From positions 160,001 through 224,000 of the forward strand of contig CAXXFL010000006.1 in the NCBI GenBank assembly GCA_963674965.2: DNA of 64,000 nucleotides, in the 5' to 3' direction. Shown piece after piece: positions 9,766 to 19,700 of this stretch (its first letter is position 1; each line of letters opens with the position of its first letter). Position numbers and translations under genes: made by a program. The notes below the pieces were generated by a model that was not told the DNA's origin, searched no databases, and saw nothing but the letters and a program-made list of their open reading frames with translations. Source of the stretch: a bacterium. Its GTDB lineage: Bacteria > RBG-13-61-14 > DATKZS01.

Positions 9766-11046
9766 ATGAACGCTCAAGCTCTTATGTTGCCGCTGATGCT
9801 TGTATTTGTCAACTGCTTCTCCAAGCCCGGGTTCGAGCACTTCCAGACCTTCATTATCGCCCACGCGGCGCTGTTCGGTCTCCAGCACTGCGTGACCGAG
9901 GTCATGCGCCTCACCCAAGTCCACCGGGTCATGCACTGGACCACGCCCTACGCTTTCATGCGCAAGGGCCGGTGGTCCTGCCAAAAGGTGAGTCAATGCC
10001 TGCTCGACCTGGTGGCCCAACGACTCAAGATCATGGACGAGATCGTCGTCGCCGTCGACGACACCCTGGTCAAGAAATGGGGCAAGAAGTTCTTCGGTCT
10101 GGGCTATTACCCGGACCCGACGGACAAAAACCCCGGCCATCAAAAGCGCCGGGGGCTCGGCCACTGCTGGGTGGTGATGGCGCTTCTATGGGAGCGCGGG
10201 GGCAAGTGGTTCGCCTTCCCCCTCTCGGCGCTGCTCTTCGTCCAGGAAAAGTTTTGCCCCAAGGGATGGGAGTTCAAAACCAAGATCGAGTTGGCCGCCA
10301 TGATGATAAAAAGGTTCTCCTGGCCCGCTCGGAGACTGGTCCTGGTGGTGGACAACCTCTACGCCAAGGCCAAGTTGGCCGGTCTCGAGTTCGACGGCAA
10401 AGAGGTGGTCCTGATCAGCCGCCTCCGCTCGAACGCGGCGCTCTACGAACTCCCCAAAAGGAAGAATGGTCCGGGAAGGCCGCCCAAGCGCGGCAAGAAG
10501 TTCAGCCCCCAACAACTGTGGTTGAAAAGATCGAAGCGCGAAAAAATCAAGGCCAGGATTTACGGCAAGACCGTTACCATCGAGGCCTTCGTCGGGGTGA
10601 TGGTCCCCAGCGCCACCCTCGGCGACAAGCCGATACTCGTCATCATTTTCCCCCGGCGCTCCGGCAAAAAAATGAACGTGTTTTTCACCACCGACGTCGA
10701 GATGAAGCCGGAGCGGGCGCTGGAAACGTATTCGGGCCGCTGGAAGATCGAGGAGTTGTTCCGGGAGGTGAAGACGGCGGGCGGTTTCGGCGACTATCGC
10801 CAGAGGTCGTTCACGGCCATCAAGCGCCACGCCAACCTCTGCCTGGTCGCCTACGGCCTTTTGGGCCTGCTTGCCCTTTGCGTCCCGGAGGCGGAAAAGA
10901 TCGAGGCCGAACCGTGGTGGGACCCGAGCGGCCCCCCAAGCGTCGGTCGGCTCCGACGCGCTTTCTACAAGGCTTTGCGAATTTCTCCCGCTTTCCATTC
11001 CGACCCCAAACCAGAGGAAATTACGCCCCTCAAGGAGGCTGCTTAA
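9766..11046 (+). CDS. DDE transposase (IS701-like)
   Basis: AVDDTLVKKWG, VVDNLYA, SRLRSNAALY, YSGRWKIEELFREVK (Y-x2-R-x3-E-x6-K, IS4-superfamily signature). Confidence 0.92.
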   Translation: MNAQALMLPLMLVFVNCFSKPGFEHFQTFIIAHAALFGLQHCVTEVMRLTQVHRVMHWTTPYAFMRKGRWSCQKVSQCLLDLVAQRLKIMDEIVVAVDDTLVKKWGKKFFGLGYYPDPTDKNPGHQKRRGLGHCWVVMALLWERGGKWFAFPLSALLFVQEKFCPKGWEFKTKIELAAMMIKRFSWPARRLVLVVDNLYAKAKLAGLEFDGKEVVLISRLRSNAALYELPKRKNGPGRPPKRGKKFSPQQLWLKRSKREKIKARIYGKTVTIEAFVGVMVPSATLGDKPILVIIFPRRSGKKMNVFFTTDVEMKPERALETYSGRWKIEELFREVKTAGGFGDYRQRSFTAIKRHANLCLVAYGLLGLLALCVPEAEKIEAEPWWDPSGPPSVGRLRRAFYKALRISPAFHSDPKPEEITPLKEAA

Positions 11047-11067
11047 TGTCGATACGTGCAAACCAGA

Positions 11068-11088
11068 CTAAAAAGTTCTAAAGTTCAG
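11068..11088 (-). repeat. IS right inverted repeat
   Basis: Exact reverse complement of 9655-9675. Confidence 0.92.
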
Positions 11089-11945
11089 TAAAGGTAAATT
11101 CCAAAAGGGAAATCGATTCGGGCGCGCCGACCAATTCCGAAGCGTTCTCCGGATCGGCCAGGTATTCGTTGAACATGTGATGAATCCAGATATATTTCCC
11201 GATGAATATCCCGGCCAGGCTCGAGACCATCCCGATGACGACCAAAGGTACCCCGCCTCCTCCCGCGACTACGGAAATGGCCATCCCCACCAAAAAGCCC
11301 ACTCCGATGGCGGCGTAGCCGATTTCATAACCGGTGAGGATACCGATAACCGCCCATACAATCCCCGCGATCAGCGCGGCAAACCCGCCCGCTATTACGG
11401 CCTTGATCAGCACGCCGCCGTCGATGTCCGCGGCCTGGCCCGACGCGGCCATGGAATTCGCTTCCATCATCCGCGCGGCGGTCAGGTTGGCGGCCACGTT
11501 CTCGGGAGTCATGGGCAGCGGCGCGCTCCCGGCGCCGTAATCGATAGCGGACGCCGCCTCCCGCTCCGCCTTTCGCGCCATGGCCTTCTCGTACTTGCTC
11601 AGGAATATCCCGCAGCCCGGACACTCATCCTCGCCTTGAGGGACGGCGACGCCGCATTTAGGGCAGGATTTAACGCCGCTCACGGGATCGGCCGCGGCCG
11701 GAGCGGGAGCTTGTCCGGTTTCTCGAATTTTCGCGGCCCCCCCCGATACTTTCCAAAAACGCCTTGGCTTTCTGGGCCGCCTGCATGTCGCCCACCGAGT
11801 AAACCACGCAACCCGGACCGCTGATCTTCGCTCGAGCCTGCTCGGGGCTTATCTTGTACGCGGCCGCGAATTTTTCCACGATTTGTCGTTCATCGTTTCC
11901 GGTCCCGGGCGCCGGTCCGTTGTAAACCACTTCATACTTGGCCAT
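11078..11945 (-). pseudogene. Zinc-ribbon membrane protein, split by a G8 frameshift and 3'-truncated by the IS
   Basis: ORFs 11670..11945 and 11078..11683 fuse if the C8 run at 11737-11744 were C7 (..SIGGAAKIRETGQAPAPAADPVSGVKSCPKCG..); CxxC-CxxC ribbon then TM helices; stop codon lies inside the IS right IR. Confidence 0.7.
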
Positions 11946-11980
11946 GTGTCCTCCTCGGATCAAGAATTAAGACGGACGGT

Positions 11981-12009
11981 ATATTACAAAACTTTGAAAG
12001 GACATGCAA
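11981..12009 (-). promoter_or_regulatory. Putative sigma70 promoter for the leftward gene
   Basis: TTGCAT-17 bp-TAATAT on the minus strand. Confidence 0.4.
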
Positions 12010-12060
12010 GACGCAATAGATAACGTCCATGGCTTGCCCAGCGTCCGGGCAAAAAGTTTA

Positions 12061-12089
12061 TTGACATTCTCCAATCTCGCCTGTATAAT
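12061..12089 (+). promoter_or_regulatory. Consensus sigma70 promoter of the asd leader
   Basis: TTGACA (12061-12066), 17-bp spacer, TATAAT (12084-12089). Confidence 0.85.
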
Positions 12090-12108
12090 TTTTCGCTGGA
12101 AGAACGAA

Positions 12109-12174
12109 ATGGAAGCATATTATTATAGAAAGACCACGAAGAGCGTCGCCCGGGGAGTCGGGCGAAAGCGCTGA
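12109..12174 (+). CDS. Putative attenuator leader peptide MEAYYYRKTTKSVARGVGRKR
   Basis: 21-codon ORF between the promoter and a terminator; clustered Tyr3 and Lys-Thr-Thr-Lys codons. Confidence 0.55.
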   Translation: MEAYYYRKTTKSVARGVGRKR

Positions 12175-12196
12175 GACGCGCTCCTTTTGACTCACC

Positions 12197-12225
12197 GGGC
12201 CGCCTTGAAAGGGCGGCTTTTTTTT
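12197..12225 (+). terminator. Intrinsic terminator (attenuator) upstream of asd
   Basis: GCCGCCTT-GAAA-GGGCGGC hairpin followed by T8. Confidence 0.8.
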
Positions 12226-12290
12226 AGGCTTGATTACGCCGGCGCTTGGCGGGCGGTCAATATAGACAAAGTTATTTTAGGAGGCAACAC

Positions 12291-13319
12291 ATGGCGGCGA
12301 AGAGAGGTTACAGGGTAATAGTGGTCGGCATCGGCATGGTCGGCTCGAAGATGGTCGAGGTCTTAAACGAGAGCAGGAAGCTCCCGGTCAAGGAGATCAA
12401 GATACTCGCCACCCGCGAGCGTTACGAGATGGTGGCGGGCAGGAAATACCTCGTCAAGAAGGCCGACGTCAAGGAGTTCGACGGTTTCGACCTGGCTTTC
12501 TTCGCCGGCACGGAGGGGGCCTCGGGCGCCTCGAAGGTCTATGGCTGGGAGGCGGTCAAGCGCGGCGTGGTGGTGATCGACAACGGCAAGGACTATCGCA
12601 TGGACAAGCGGGTCCCGCTGGTGGTCCCCGAGGTCAACGCGGAGCACCTCAAGGACCACAAGGGCTTCATCGCCAACCCCAACTGCTCGACCATCCAGGC
12701 CATGGTGGCCCTGGGTCCCATTCACGAGAAGGCCGTGATTAAGAGGATGGTCTGCTCGACCTACCAGGCCGTGTCCGGCTCGGGGTCCAAGGCGGCGGCG
12801 GAGCTCATCGCCCAGACCAAGGCCTTTGCAGCCGGCCGGAAGCCCAAGGCCGAGGCCTACCCGGTCCAGATAGTGGGCAACGTTATCCCCCAGATATCCA
12901 AGCTGACCGACGAGATGCCGGGCTACTATGAGGAGGAGGTCAAGATGCAGCGGGAATCCCGCAAGATTCTGGGCTCTCCCCGCCTCAAAGTGAGCGCCAC
13001 CTGCATTCGGGTGCCGGTGCTTAACGCCCATACCGAGTCGATCAACGTGCAAACCAGGGACAAGCTCACGGCCGCGGACGTAAGGTCCATCTTGCGCAAG
13101 GCCCCCGGCGTTACGGTCATGGACCAGCCGGAAAAGGGCGTATGGCCCTACCCGCTACTGGTGGACGGCCAGAACGACGTCTACGTGGGCAGGATCAGGG
13201 AGGACCTTTCGGCCAAGAACTGCATCGACATGGTGGTGGTGGGCGACAACATCCGGAAGGGGGCCGCCCTCAACGCGGTGCAGATAGCCGAGAAGATGCG
13301 GCAGATGAAGCTCATCTAG
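12291..13319 (+). CDS. asd: Aspartate-semialdehyde dehydrogenase
   Basis: VPLVVPEVN, IANPNCSTIQ (catalytic Cys), STYQAVSGSG, SATCIRVPV, DNIRKGAALNAVQIAE; AGGAGG RBS. Confidence 0.96.
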   Translation: MAAKRGYRVIVVGIGMVGSKMVEVLNESRKLPVKEIKILATRERYEMVAGRKYLVKKADVKEFDGFDLAFFAGTEGASGASKVYGWEAVKRGVVVIDNGKDYRMDKRVPLVVPEVNAEHLKDHKGFIANPNCSTIQAMVALGPIHEKAVIKRMVCSTYQAVSGSGSKAAAELIAQTKAFAAGRKPKAEAYPVQIVGNVIPQISKLTDEMPGYYEEEVKMQRESRKILGSPRLKVSATCIRVPVLNAHTESINVQTRDKLTAADVRSILRKAPGVTVMDQPEKGVWPYPLLVDGQNDVYVGRIREDLSAKNCIDMVVVGDNIRKGAALNAVQIAEKMRQMKLI

Positions 13320-13337
13320 ACGAACTCGCCCGGCAAA

Positions 13338-13363
13338 GGGGGAGGGCCCGCCCTCCCTCTTTT
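13338..13363 (+). terminator. Probable terminator after asd
   Basis: GGGAGGGC/GCCCTCCC hairpin followed by TCTTTT. Confidence 0.55.
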
Positions 13364-13406
13364 GCCACGTTTGCCTTTCCGATATATTCTGAAGCCGGGT
13401 TTTGTT

Positions 13407-14588
13407 TTGCGTAAATTAAAAAGAAAGATTCTGGCCCTTTGCCTTTCCACTATCCTTTCGCTTTTTATTTTGGAGGCGGGGCTGAGGCTCTTTACCAACT
13501 TTCCCATGCATAACACCTGGAAGGCGAAGGTCAAGGACGAGCGTCTCCACCACCGGCACAAGCAAAGCATTCCCGGTATCGACGCTAGAGGCTTTCGCAA
13601 CCCCAAGGTCCTGGACAAGGCCTACCTGGTGGCCCTGGGCGACTCCCATACTTATGGCCACATGGTTCAGCCGGAGGACGCCTGGCCCCGGCAACTCGAG
13701 AAAACCATCGGCCGCGACGTGTACAACTTCGGCATAGGCGGCTACGGCGTGTTCCATTATTACGCTCTTATGGACGACGCCCTGGCCATGGACCCGCAGT
13801 GGATAGTGGTCGGCCTTTTTCTGCACAACGATATCAGGGACATGTGCAGGCTGCTTGACGAGGCCGCCCCCTATTGGCGGAAGGTGGCCGCTGAAAAGGG
13901 GTGGAATCTCAAGGCCGTCAATACGTGCTGTGAGAGGAATAAGACGAAAAAGACGGCGAAGTATTACTTCACCCGTACCGCCGTGGGATCGGCCTTCGAT
14001 TACTACGTCCTGATCAGGCTCAAGTTTAAAATTATCTGGGCCCTCCAGCGAAGACATTACGTCAACAGGGACGAGTTGCCCGGCATACACGTGAACGACG
14101 ATAAAAACAAGACCATTATTACCTATAGCCGCATAAAAGGCTCGGCCCCTTACGTGGACCTCACCAATCCCACCATCGCCGAGCTTTACCAGTTCTCGAA
14201 AAAGCTGTTCGAGGAAATGAACGAAAGAAGCGAGAAAGCGCTCGTGAAATTCGGGGTCGTCTTCCTGCCCAGCAAGGAAGTGGTCTTTTACGATTATATG
14301 GTGGAAAGAGGATACGAGCTTCCCCAGGACTTGCACGACACGGTTAAAAACGAGCTGGAAATGAAGCGGGGACTGATCGAGTTCTTCGACTCGAAAAACA
14401 TACGCTACGTGGACGCCACGCCCTACATGATCGACCTTATTCACGACCCGGGCAATATATATCCGGACTGGGCGGACTGCCACCCCCTCGCCGCCGGCCA
14501 GGCCGGTTACGCCCACGCCGTCCTCGATATGATCTCGCGCGACGAGCCCCAGGCTTTGCCCGAGTTGGACGGACCTTCCAATCCCTAA
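13407..14588 (+). CDS. Membrane-anchored SGNH/GDSL hydrolase-fold protein (possible polysaccharide acetyltransferase/esterase)
   Basis: N-terminal TM helix, LGDSHTYG, NFGIGGYG, HND, DCHP; start codon uncertain. Confidence 0.75.
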   Translation: MRKLKRKILALCLSTILSLFILEAGLRLFTNFPMHNTWKAKVKDERLHHRHKQSIPGIDARGFRNPKVLDKAYLVALGDSHTYGHMVQPEDAWPRQLEKTIGRDVYNFGIGGYGVFHYYALMDDALAMDPQWIVVGLFLHNDIRDMCRLLDEAAPYWRKVAAEKGWNLKAVNTCCERNKTKKTAKYYFTRTAVGSAFDYYVLIRLKFKIIWALQRRHYVNRDELPGIHVNDDKNKTIITYSRIKGSAPYVDLTNPTIAELYQFSKKLFEEMNERSEKALVKFGVVFLPSKEVVFYDYMVERGYELPQDLHDTVKNELEMKRGLIEFFDSKNIRYVDATPYMIDLIHDPGNIYPDWADCHPLAAGQAGYAHAVLDMISRDEPQALPELDGPSNP

Positions 14589-15559
14589 TTGGGGACCGGA
14601 GCGTCGCGGCCGCTTAACTTATCGTCCGCCTCGCCGGTCCCATCCTCGCCGTCGATCCCCGGCTCCTCGTCCTTTTCGCCCAGCATCAGGGCCAGGCGCT
14701 CGTCCTTGGCTTTCCACAGGTCGTTGATCCAGATTTGGAACTCCCGCCGGTAGTTCTCGTCCTCGAAGTAGTCGCCCATGATTTCCCCGGTCACGGCCAT
14801 GTCCTCGATATGGACCTTGACGTGGGGCACCTCGCCGGCCAGGAAGCCCCATAACCCCTTGACCCCGCAAGGATAGGCGATGGTCACGTTAAGTATGCGG
14901 TTGATCTGGTCGCCCATGGCCGCCAGAACGTAGGCTATGCCCGCGGCCTTGGGCTGGAGAAGGCGGTCGTAGGGAGACTGGGTCTTATTCTTTTTTTCCT
15001 CGCTGAAGCGCGTGCCCTCCACGAAGTTCATCACCGCCACCGGCAGGGTCTTGAATTTCTCGCAGGCCTTCTTGGTCGTGGCCAGGTCCTGGCCCTTCTT
15101 CTCGGGGTGCTTATCGAGGAATTCCTTGCTGTAGCGCTTCATGAAGGGATAATCGAGCGCCCACCAGGCGAAACCCATGACGGGAACGTAAATAAGCTCC
15201 TTTTTGATGAAGAACTTGAGGAACGGGACCTTGCGGTTGAACACCCGTTGCAGCACCAGGATGTCCGTCCAGGACTGGTGGTTGCTCACCACCAGGTACC
15301 ACTCCTTTTTCGCCAGACCCTCGAGACCCTCGACGTCCCAGCGGATTTTGTTGTGCAGCGCGAAGTTGAAGTTGTTATACGAAATCCAGGTTTCGCTGAT
15401 CTGGATCAGGACCCAGGAGAAAAACTTGCGCGTCGGCCCGATGGGAATGAGCTTGAGAATGGCCACCGGGAAAAAGAACATGAAAATAAAAAGCGTCCCC
15501 ACGACGAGCATCAAAAAGGACGATACCATTTTTACCTTGCCGGGAAGGAAATTAAGCAT
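14585..15559 (-). CDS. Lysophospholipid acyltransferase (YihG-like PlsC family)
   Basis: SNHQSWTD (HxxxxD), FLKFFIKKEL, WWALDYPFMKRYSKE, NFVEGTRF. Confidence 0.88.
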   Translation of the reverse strand: MLNFLPGKVKMVSSFLMLVVGTLFIFMFFFPVAILKLIPIGPTRKFFSWVLIQISETWISYNNFNFALHNKIRWDVEGLEGLAKKEWYLVVSNHQSWTDILVLQRVFNRKVPFLKFFIKKELIYVPVMGFAWWALDYPFMKRYSKEFLDKHPEKKGQDLATTKKACEKFKTLPVAVMNFVEGTRFSEEKKNKTQSPYDRLLQPKAAGIAYVLAAMGDQINRILNVTIAYPCGVKGLWGFLAGEVPHVKVHIEDMAVTGEIMGDYFEDENYRREFQIWINDLWKAKDERLALMLGEKDEEPGIDGEDGTGEADDKLSGRDAPVPN

Positions 15560-16149
15560 GTTAAAACGTCTCCTTATAGGCGTTGCTTAAGGAAGCCATC
15601 CAGGGCGGCCCCCCAACGCGAAAAACTCCGATCAGACCTGTAATGATATATCAATCTCAGGAATTCGCAACCTCATGACCAAAAGGTAAATTCCGGTCAG
15701 TATGGAAGCTACAAGCCGATGTAATGGCCATATCCGGGCGCCGAAGGCGTGTGAAAGGGGCGACGGCCCACCGAAAACATATATCGCGATCCAACGGCTG
15801 TCGCCGCGCGGATAGCTCCCGTCCGCGCGGCGCGGGCCTATTGGTTGAATTGATAATTATCCATGAGCCGGACCGCCTCCCCTCGAGCATTTGCGCGATA
15901 AATTGCCGACTGAAATTACTCACCCATAGATATATCTTCATAGCCGTGTAATTTTCTTTATACTATATAAACGGCCATGACTTTTCTCGCGGCAATGGAT
16001 TGTGTTTGTTTTCATGACATTACGCCTGGCCATGAGCCCGGCCCGAAAATTGCTCCCATTTGCATGGGACACGTAAAGGTGGAGAATATTTATCGTGAAA
16101 TGATTGTAAAAGGTTTTTCTTCTGATTATTTTCAAGGCGGTGATTATCG

Positions 16150-16770
16150 ATGAAAGAGTTCAATATTATTATTGTGGTGATAGGGTACTTCATATTAATA
16201 GTATTCACGGGCAGGCACTGCTACACTAATTACGTTAACTACAATCACAAATTTTATCAGGGCGTGGGCATGTCCGCCTTGGAGCTATTGCATGAGAAAC
16301 AGCAGGAATATAAGAAAATTAACGGCAAGTACGCGACGGATTTCAAACCCTTCAACCTGGATAAAATATACCTTCCCTATTACTTGTACGTGATCAATAA
16401 CGATTCATTTTATCCTCAAAACCTTTCGCCCGGCTTTGACCTTCCTCCTTTCCTGTCCAAGGACTTCTCTGGAGATTCATATATCATGTACGCCATAAGG
16501 AATACGGATGCAGACCCGTGTCTGGACATATTCGCGATTATCGAGACCGGAGACGTCTACCACGTCTCCAACGACTCGAAGTGCTCCGATCCTTACAAGC
16601 AAAACAGAAGCGCGGCCGCGAAAAAAAACGGCCGTGAAGTCCTTGGAAAAATAAGGACTTACTCTTCCCCCACTTGTCCCGTCAATAACCCACTATCGTC
16701 ACCGCCGGCGCTTTCTCGATTTCCGGACAATACCTCCCCTTCCCCGACTGGTCGCCGCAGGACGGGATAG
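16150..16770 (+). CDS. Hypothetical pilin-like protein (AT-rich)
   Basis: N-terminal hydrophobic helix, then L..L...Q..Y.....Y and AIRNTDADPCLDIFAI..VSND, reminiscent of deltaproteobacterial pilins; no clear prepilin cleavage motif. Confidence 0.4.
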   Translation: MKEFNIIIVVIGYFILIVFTGRHCYTNYVNYNHKFYQGVGMSALELLHEKQQEYKKINGKYATDFKPFNLDKIYLPYYLYVINNDSFYPQNLSPGFDLPPFLSKDFSGDSYIMYAIRNTDADPCLDIFAIIETGDVYHVSNDSKCSDPYKQNRSAAAKKNGREVLGKIRTYSSPTCPVNNPLSSPPALSRFPDNTSPSPTGRRRTG

Positions 16771-19700
16771 TCGCGTTTAGGTAGATTGTGCCGGGGGAAT
16801 CGACCCGGACGACGATGGACGCGAGGCCGCCCGCGTCCATGGCGCCGGACACGTCGTAGCGGCCCGATCCGCTCGGGCCCTCGCCGCCGAGGAGGGTGGC
16901 CGCGCCGGTCGAGCTCGGGTCGATCTCGAAGACCACCCCGAAGGAGGAGGAGTAGCCGATGGCCGAGGAGTTGATAACGCTCACGGTCACCCGCGTGGTC
17001 GAGCCTTCCTCAACGCTTCGAGAAGTGGCGCCGTCCACCACCAGGTCCGTGGGGATGGTTGGGTTCGAGGCCGTGTCGTTTCCGCTTATCATGGCCTGGA
17101 TCAAGCTGAGGTCAAGGGGCGACACTCCCGCCGGGTCGCCCATCAGGCGCTGGCTGTCTCCGTTGGGCGGCAGCACTCCCAAGTAGGACGCGTCGTTGCC
17201 GATGATCCGGTTCTTCAGCGCCGTCATATCCAGCGGAGACACCAACCCGTCGGCCGACACGGTATTCCCCGCGTCGCCCCAGCTAAAACATGACGCCCCG
17301 CCCGTCACGTCCACCTCCCATATATCAGTTCCATTATAGTACTCATGCGCGTTCTCGATCCCGTCCCCGTCGAAGTCCGCCCCCAGCCCGTCGCCCGCCG
17401 ACAACGGGTCCAGTCCCGTATCCCCGTGCCCCACCGAGTTGTCAGCCTCGAACCCATCCGGCAAGCCGTCGCCGTCCGAGTCCCAGTAGTCGGGGTCGGT
17501 GCCCAGGCTCGCCTCCACCGCGTCGGAGAGACCGTCGCCGTCCGTGTCGGGGAGCGCTTCGATAACGTCGATCATGATGCCGCTATCGGTTTTAAGGGTC
17601 TGGTAGTAGAAGTTGACGTATGTGTTCAAGGTCGGGTAGTCGGAGATGGGAAGCGCGATGTCCAGGTAGCAGCCATTCAGGACCGAACCGAAGGAGGGCG
17701 CGGCCGAGGAGGGGCTGATATAGTAGTTGACCACGCTCTCCCACCAGGCGCCGATGGCGTAGTACTTGCCCGCCGTGAGGGTCGCGTGCATGTCGCCGGA
17801 GGAAAACCAGTGGGTCGTGTCGCCGGGGAAGGTTTGGATTACGCGCGAGACCGCCTGCCACGGCCCGTCGGCCGCGTCGGACTCGTACACCAGGAAGTGC
17901 ATGGTGTTCGCGTTCTCGTTGTCCAGGTAGAGGGAGTGCTCGGTCAGGGTGGTCGTGGCGGTCGCGTGATACACGTTACCCCTGAACCTCAAGCCGCCCG
18001 TGGAGTTCGAGTTGTTGGTCGAGATAGCGTCCACCGTGATCTGGGCCGAGGGCATGCTCGCGCCCAGGCCCTCCGTGTCAAGCGCCGTTAGGGTCACCCA
18101 CTCGGCGATCGCGTCGGTCAGGGCGATCGTCACCACGCCGCCCGAAACCTCGGCCACCACCTGGTTGGTCCCGCCCCCGCTTATCACGCTTCCCACCGAG
18201 GCCGAGCTCGCGAATACCGCCGACCCGTCCACCGCCAATGTAAACCGGCTCGAGTCGTCCCCCTCGAAAAACAGCCCCTTCTGATCGTAGACCTCGAAGG
18301 TAACGCCCAGCCACTCGCCGACCTCCACCCACCGCGTCTGGTCCTCCTTCAACCCCACCTCGGCGGCGTAGCGATTAACGTCCGGGTCGAGCGGATCGAG
18401 ATCAAATCCGTCAAGATAGCCGTCATCGTCCGTGTCCGGGTCACAAGGATCGGTCCAGACGTTGTATTCCTCAAGGTTATTCAGACCGTCCGCATCGTAA
18501 TCGGCGGTGGCGTCCGCCGTGTCTCCCATCATGCAGGAATGGGAATTTTCCCAATCGTCGTGCATGCCGTCCCCGTCGCGGTCCATCAAATGAGAATTGA
18601 TATTATAAATATGCAACCCGTACTCTTTATCCGCGACGTAGACGAAGCCGTTCGAATAGTGGACGCTCAAGGCGGTCCCCGGGGTGTCGTAACAAGCTAT
18701 AAGCGTAGGGCTGGTGGGGGATGAGACGTCGATGATCTGCAATCCGGAGTTATAGTCCGCCAGGAAAGCGCAGTTCGAGAAAACGGAGACGTCATAGGAG
18801 GACCCGGACGTGTTGTAGGACCCGGCGAGTGTAGGGTTTGACGGGTTGGACACGTCTATGATTTGCAGACCGGAGCCACTATCGGCCACGTAGGCGTAGC
18901 CGCCGGAGACGGCCACTTTTCTCGCCGTGCCCGCGGTAACGTAGTATCCCGCCAACGAGGGAGTCTCGGGATCGGAGACGTCGATGATCGCCAGGCCCGC
19001 TCCGTCGGCCACGTAGGCGTAACCGCCCGACGCGAAGACGCCGTAGGAAGTCCCCGTCGTGTCATATTGTCCGGCGATGTGTGGATAAGATTGCTCTTCA
19101 GTTACAAAGAGGCCATCAGTGCCCGCCGCTATGTATGCCCTGCTATTTTCAATGTGTAAGTCGTATGCGCGAGGCGGATAAATAAAACCAATTTCATTGG
19201 GGGAATATTTATTCGAAATATCGATTATAATCACCGGGGTTGTAAAAAAGGCATTACATAGCGCGTAGGCGTAATCGCCTGACACAAAAACATCCCATGC
19301 CGATTCATAAGTTTCAAATCCCGCCGTCTGCCTCGGACTATCAGGATATGACACGTCGAATATCGCCAGACCTTCTCCTTTGGCCACGTAGGCATAGTCG
19401 CCCGACGCGTAAACTCCCAATGCCCAGTAAGAGTCGTAGTGTGATCCCACGAGAAAAGCCGCCTGAAATTCAGAGTCGTCTTCCGGGCCGGAGCAATCGT
19501 TGTCTTCCGGAAAGTCGGTGAAGCCGTCTTCATCATCGTCGATTCCGTTGTCGCAAAAAAATAAACTTCCCCGTTCGTCGTTGTCCTTATTGTCATTGCA
19601 TCCGGAGTCGAGAAGGTCCGTCAGCCCATCACCGTCGTTGTCCACCCCGTCGCTGCAGGCCACGACCGAGCATGGATTCATTATATTCTGATACTCCTCC

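Larger units (their letters stand above)
9655..11088 (+). mobile_element. Insertion sequence, IS701/IS4-superfamily-like, about 1.43 kb
   Basis: Perfect 21-bp terminal inverted repeats CTGAACTTTAGAACTTTTTAG (9655-9675) and CTAAAAAGTTCTAAAGTTCAG (11068-11088) enclose a DDE transposase. Confidence 0.92.

Noticed and set aside
9678-11081. 467-aa alternative-frame ORF spanning the IS
   Set aside because: Low-complexity Arg/Gly/Pro shadow of the transposase frame
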